Origin: Tubiluchus corallicola
Lineage: Eukaryota > Animalia > Priapulida
Assembly (NCBI GenBank): GCA_030141605.1
Contig: JAQGDQ010001725.1
Span: 1-27,904 of the forward strand
Direction: 5' to 3'
Length of the DNA: 27,904 nt
Part shown: positions 23,173 to 27,904 of the stretch, piece by piece
How positions within the stretch are numbered: position 1 is the stretch's first letter
Layout of the letters: each line of letters opens with the position of its first letter
Made by a program: the position numbers and the translations under genes
Notes under the pieces: model-generated
Databases searched by the model: none
Seen by the model: only the letters and a program-made list of their open reading frames with translations
Told to the model about the DNA's origin: nothing

Positions 23173-23705
23173 CTGTATGGCTTTACTTTATTATCGTATA
23201 AATTCGGATCAAGTCGAGTAGATATGTTCCCAGCTGATTTTAATATTTTATGTTTCTGCTGTTGATTGTACGACTGTATGTACATACTAGTCTCAGAAAA
23301 ATGCGAAAATTCGAACTGCATTTGTTTCGAATCGACGGCTCTGCGGACATCCGGTGGTTTAGCGCTATATTTCACTTTCCCGCGCCGCTTTTCCGCGTCC
23401 GGTGCGCCGGATCCAGTCCAGGGGCCCAAAAACCGACTCTCGGAGAGCTGCCCTGATTTCCTGAACAAGCAAATGCACTTCAAACGGAAGGAAAGTCTCA
23501 GGAGTTCCGTATCCTTTTTGTGAACGGGACCTTTGGATTTCCAAAAGGCACGCGTTATCCTCTTCAGGGCTTTCCAGTTTTCTCGAGCTGTCTGTTTCTT
23601 TTTTATCTTCACCTTACTGCCTCGACTCACTCTCGTCAAAGATGGCGAATAGCCCGATTTTGTCAAATAATCGCCGTCTGATTCGCCGTCAGGTACTCTC
23701 AACAT
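23173..23705 (-). CDS. Gene A coding exon 1 (MLRVPDGESDGDYLTKSG...NKVKPY-R), uncharacterised basic protein
   Basis: gccATG at 23705 opens a 533-nt non-repetitive frame, more GC-rich than its flanks. It ends at a strong donor AG|gtaagc (phase 2) compatible with the next exon. Confidence 0.72.
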
Positions 23706-24146
23706 GGCGTAACTAATAGATGTAATACGAAACGAAATAATCCATTCATTTAGACTGGTACTCTCAACATGGCGCAACTAATGGATGTAATACCAAACGA
23801 AATAATCCATGCATTTAGACTGGTACTCTCAACATGGCGCAACTAATGGATGTAATACCAAACGAAATAATCCATGCATTTAGACCGGTACTCTCAACAT
23901 GGCGTAACTAATGGATGTAATACCAAACGAAATAATCCATTCATTTAGACTGGTACTCTCAACATGGCGTAACTAACGGATGTAATACCAAACGAAATAA
24001 TCCATTTATTTAGACGGGTACTCTCAACATGGCGTAACTAACGGATGTAATACCAAACGAAATAATCCATTTATTTAGACTGGTACTCTCAACATGGCGT
24101 AACTAACGGATGTAATACCAAACGAAATAATCCATGCATTTAGACT
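23693..24146. repeat. 7 x 65-bp tandem array, each unit containing the gene A start-codon context
   Basis: gtactctcaacatggcg recurs at 23693, 23758, 23823, 23888, 23953, 24018 and 24083. Confidence 0.96.
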
Positions 24147-24648
24147 TTGAAAATACTTTCTTCTCCAATCATCAGACAACTGGCTTTATGAAACAAAGAT
24201 AATCGTTACCCATTTGCGACACAGCTTAAAAGACTTTTTCATTTTCCAAATCACATCATATATATATATATATATCGGGAAATGCTTACGACGCACATTA
24301 TAGAAAACAAAGGGAATTATCCTGGATCAGCATGCTTCAAACGCATAAAACTTTTGGCTCAACAGAGAATCCATACTTCATAGACTGAAATTCAAATACC
24401 AATGCATTTTTATCTATTTTTTATATAAAGTATTTTCTGCGCATAACAACTCTATTACTTCATCCCACTGCTGACACTATTCAGACTGTATCTTCGTGAT
24501 ATCTTCGTGCATGTAAACCTGCCATCAACAACAAATCGAACACCGACATTTTCTTTACACAAGTTTGTTCACTGCAGAAGTGCAGATTTGGAACAGCAAT
24601 TCATTGGTATTTTCCTCCCGTAACCATGTAAGTGCTCAATAATTCATC

Positions 24649-24660
24649 TGCGCATGCGCA
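24649..24660. promoter_or_regulatory. Perfect NRF1/Ewg-type palindrome TGCGCATGCGCA upstream of gene A
   Basis: Exact consensus ~950 bp upstream of the ATG; function not demonstrated. Confidence 0.35.
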
Positions 24661-25164
24661 TGGCGTTCGACTCAGCTGATACAGCCTAATTAAAAAGATT
24701 CATTCATTATTAATGGCTCTGACCGGTCTTCTAGATGCTGAGGAAAGCAGTAAATGGTGGTACCTCCTACACAGTCGTAAACAAGCCTTGAAGAAAGGCC
24801 AATACAGATTGGGTTTTACGTATAGTTTCTTTATATTCGTGAGTGTGTTGTTCTAACTTTCCAGGTTTGTTGAATGTTTGCTCTTTTGCGTAAACATATT
24901 TGTTTACTTTACCTCCTAAGTACAGTCGAACAACGTCCCCAAAAATGTTAGTGACGTAGTTGTGACGTAATCGTTCCACAATGCTCCTTCTCCCACACCC
25001 AAGACTGTGAGCGTCAGACTTGGACTGTTAATTTATATATTATAGTTTATTCTTATAATAAAATAATTGTTTAATATCATGGCTTCTCCTATTACTATTA
25101 CACAAGTTTATTATTTTTGCTTTTCACAGCCTCTTTGATACAGTTAGACATTTAATACATGTAT

Positions 25165-25172
25165 TCATCATC

Positions 25173-25237
<65 letters not shown>

Positions 25238-26290
25238 TATCTCTGGAGTCACGCGTCCTCTGGCATGACCCTCGCAGTCACTTTAGTCAATGCTGCCCTG
25301 TCACCCACAACCTCCCATTAACTCCAGACTGCCCTGTCACCCACAACCTCCCATTAACTCCATACTGCCCTGTCACCCACAACCTCCCATTAACTCCATA
25401 CTGCCCTGTCACCCACAACCTCCCATTAACTCCATACTGCCCTGTCACCCACAACCTCCTATTAACTCCATACTGCCCTGTCACCCACAACCTCACATTA
25501 ACTCCATACTGCCCTGTCACCCACAACCTCCCATTAACTCCACACTGCCCTGTCACCCACAACCTCCCATTAAGTCGATGCTGCCCTGTCACCCACAACC
25601 TCCCATTAACACCATACTGCCCTGTCACCCACAACCTCCCATTAATCCATACTGCCCTGTCACCCACAACCTCCCATTAACTCCATACTGCCCTGTCACC
25701 CACAACCTCACATTAACTCCATACTGCCCTGTCACCCACAACTCAATAACTCCATACGCCCTGTCACCCCAACCTCCCATTAACTCCATGCTGCCCTGTC
25801 ATTTTTCACCCTCAACCTCCCATGTCTCTGTATTTTATATCTAATGGTGTGTTGATAAGATCTTTCTGGATGAAATTGATGTAAGTCAGCAACTGTCCTC
25901 CTTGTGGTTTCTTTTCCTTCTGCACTGCTTCTTTGAAGGCTAATCTTAATGTGCTGCCATCTGGTAGTTGTATAACATGTCCTATCCATCGTAATCTTCT
26001 CCTTTTGATTTTAACTGTCCATTCCTTTACCTTGACTTTATTATACAGATTTCCTGGTTTGATATTTTCTTTGGCCATTTTATTCCTGGAATGTTCCTGT
26101 AGTTTTTCTTGCTTGAAATGCAACAATTTCTGATTTGTGTTGTGCTTTGATTGTCGACAATTCTGAGTTGTAGAGAAATACAGTTTCCTCAAGTGCACAT
26201 GTATCTCAATACATTCAGAATTTCTTTTTAAATTTACACTGTTACAAAGATTTCCTTATTGGTAGGAAAGGCTTTTCTTGCATTTTGAAA
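25165..26290 (-). mobile_element. Decayed RTE-clade LINE 3' fragment with (GAT)n tail, interrupted by a minisatellite
   Basis: Reading across frameshifts: ETVFLYNSEL...IKRRRLRWIGHVIQLP...KKPQGG..LTYINFIQKDL...DRAA(W/L)TKVTARVMPEDA*, then (GAT)n at 25165-25240. Confidence 0.85.
25293..25822. repeat. 36-bp minisatellite, about 14 copies
   Basis: Unit ctgccctgtcacccacaacctcccattaactccata. Confidence 0.97.
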
Positions 26291-26518
26291 TACAAAAGTC
26301 CTTTAGCGTTTCTTTGTAAAAAAAAAACAATTACCTTTTGTAAAGAAACTTTTTGTAAAGACTCTCTGCAACTGCTACAGTTTCCACGTTATTTGGAACA
26401 AAAATTTCCTCCAAAACAGCAGTTTTTGGTTGTCAATTCAATTTCATTTAATTTATTCCACAAAATAAACTATACGTTTACATTTGTGATTCATACAAGC
26501 ACGAGATAAGAAAATTAA

Positions 26519-27124
26519 AGCAAAACAGGATCCAATCTTAGACTGTAGGTTAAAACAATCTAATCTTTAAAATATTGAAAGCAAACTTACTACTTTTTCA
26601 AGAATGACTTACGTGAAGGAATTATTACCACACATACAGAATTTCGCGCCACTAGTTCTTCGCTGTAACATGCATTTCGCCATTCGCTAGCTAGACGGGC
26701 ACTAGCGCCTGCATTTCTGAAATGCATTGCACAAAAAAACAGGTGCTGTACCTCTCAGTTCAGATGTGTTAGTTTGTGACGAACTACACACGTTCAACAG
26801 CTCATGTGTGTGTAAAGCAAAAAATTTGAAATTTATCTCAAAACTTTCCTAGTTTTAGTACAACATACTGAATATCTTACAGTAGCACGGTACTTCAATT
26901 TTCGCTTTTGCAAACACGTGGAACACGCTCGTGGAATATTTTAGCTGTTGAAAATTATGTTAATTTGTGATGTCATCAATAATTGGGCTCGCCCGCCATT
27001 AATTAAGTTTTTAATCTGTTATTTAATTGTCAGAAGCACTTTTGCAGTATTAATTGTGTTAAAATGTATACCTTTACCGGACTTGAAAAACAGGGTAGTA
27101 TATGAAAAATTATCCACTCTTCCT
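26519..27124 (+). mobile_element. Dispersed repeat family X, copy 3 (possibly a full-length TTAA-flanked, Kolobok-like element)
   Basis: Homology to copies 1 and 2. Tentative ends ttaa|agcaaaacaggat ... atccactcttcct|ttaa (9/13 TIR match). Confidence 0.7.
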
Positions 27125-27320
27125 TTAACCATGGTGGAGGCTATAAAGCAAGCTTACATTAGACAGTCAGAATGAGAAACGAAAAAGATATTTATTGTTA
27201 CATAAAACTGATAGTTAGAAAGAGTTATTATTAGGTGTTTGTAATATTTCATAATTACAATGTCAACTAAACTACATTACAAAGAAATTGTCAATTGTAT
27301 TAACACTTTAACACTCTACT

Positions 27321-27904
27321 GCTGTATTAAATTACACTATTTATGAACAAAAAACTGCAGGTTGAGTAAAATGTTTCCTTAAATACTGCTGGTCGTAACA
27401 TTTGACTTTGCTGTATTAAATTACACTATTTATGAACAAAAAAACTGCAGGTTGAGTAAAATGTTTCCTTAAATACTGCTGGTCGTAACATTAAGGTTTG
27501 CTGTATTAAATTACACTATTTATGAACAAAAAAACTGCAGCTCGAGTAAAATGTTTCCTTAAATACTGCTGGTCGTAACATTTGACTTTGCTGTATTAAA
27601 TTACACTATTTATGAACAAAAAAACTGCAGGTTGAGTAAAATGTTTCCTTAAATACTGCTGGTCGTAACATTTGGCTTTGCTTTATTAAATTACACTATT
27701 TATGAACAAAAAAACTGCAGGTTGAGTAAAATGTTTCCTTAAATACTGCTGGTCGTAACATTTGGCTTTGCTTTATTAAATTACACTATTTATGAACAAA
27801 AAAACTGCAGGTTGAGTAAAGTGTTTCCTTAAATACTGTTGGTTGTAACATTTAGCTTTGCTTTATTAAATTACACTATTTATGAACAAAAAAACTGCAG
27901 CTCG
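27321..27904. repeat. 90-bp tandem repeat, at least 6.5 copies, running off the window edge
   Basis: Unit starts at 27321, 27410, 27500, 27590, 27680, 27770 and 27860. Confidence 0.97.

Noticed and set aside
24767-24979. 70-aa ORF upstream of gene A
   Set aside because: GTG start, no recognisable motif, and no demonstrable link to gene A.
25159-25844. Ser-rich and repeat ORFs of 126-184 aa
   Set aside because: Translations of (CAT)n and the 36-bp minisatellite.

Overview
AT-rich eukaryotic DNA, almost certainly from an invertebrate animal. It is not prokaryotic and contains no CRISPR array. Two multi-exon genes lie in tandem on the minus strand; the ORF track misses most of their exons. Gene B is a secreted mosaic protein assembled by hand from five phase-compatible GT-AG exons: signal peptide (15829-15889), Kunitz (11272-11460), LDL-receptor class A (9255-9395), a basic repeat linker plus the N-half of TSP1 (6421-6739), and the C-half of TSP1 (2331-2447). 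No further exon was identified, so it probably continues past the left edge. Gene A is a ~354-aa basic, low-complexity protein of unknown family in three exons (23173-23705, 19070-19223, 17105-17482). Its start-codon region is amplified into a 7x65-bp array and its stop-codon region is duplicated in frame. Introns and intergenic DNA are packed with repeats: RTE, CR1 and L2-group LINE 3' fragments; hAT, piggyBac, Kolobok-like and Harbinger-like MITEs; solo-LTR-like elements; and many mini- and microsatellites. One insertion is nested three deep: a 5S-rRNA-headed SINE3-like element inside a TA-flanked inverted-repeat element, which itself splits a tRNA-like sequence. All calls come from manual reading and translation; no database searches were run.
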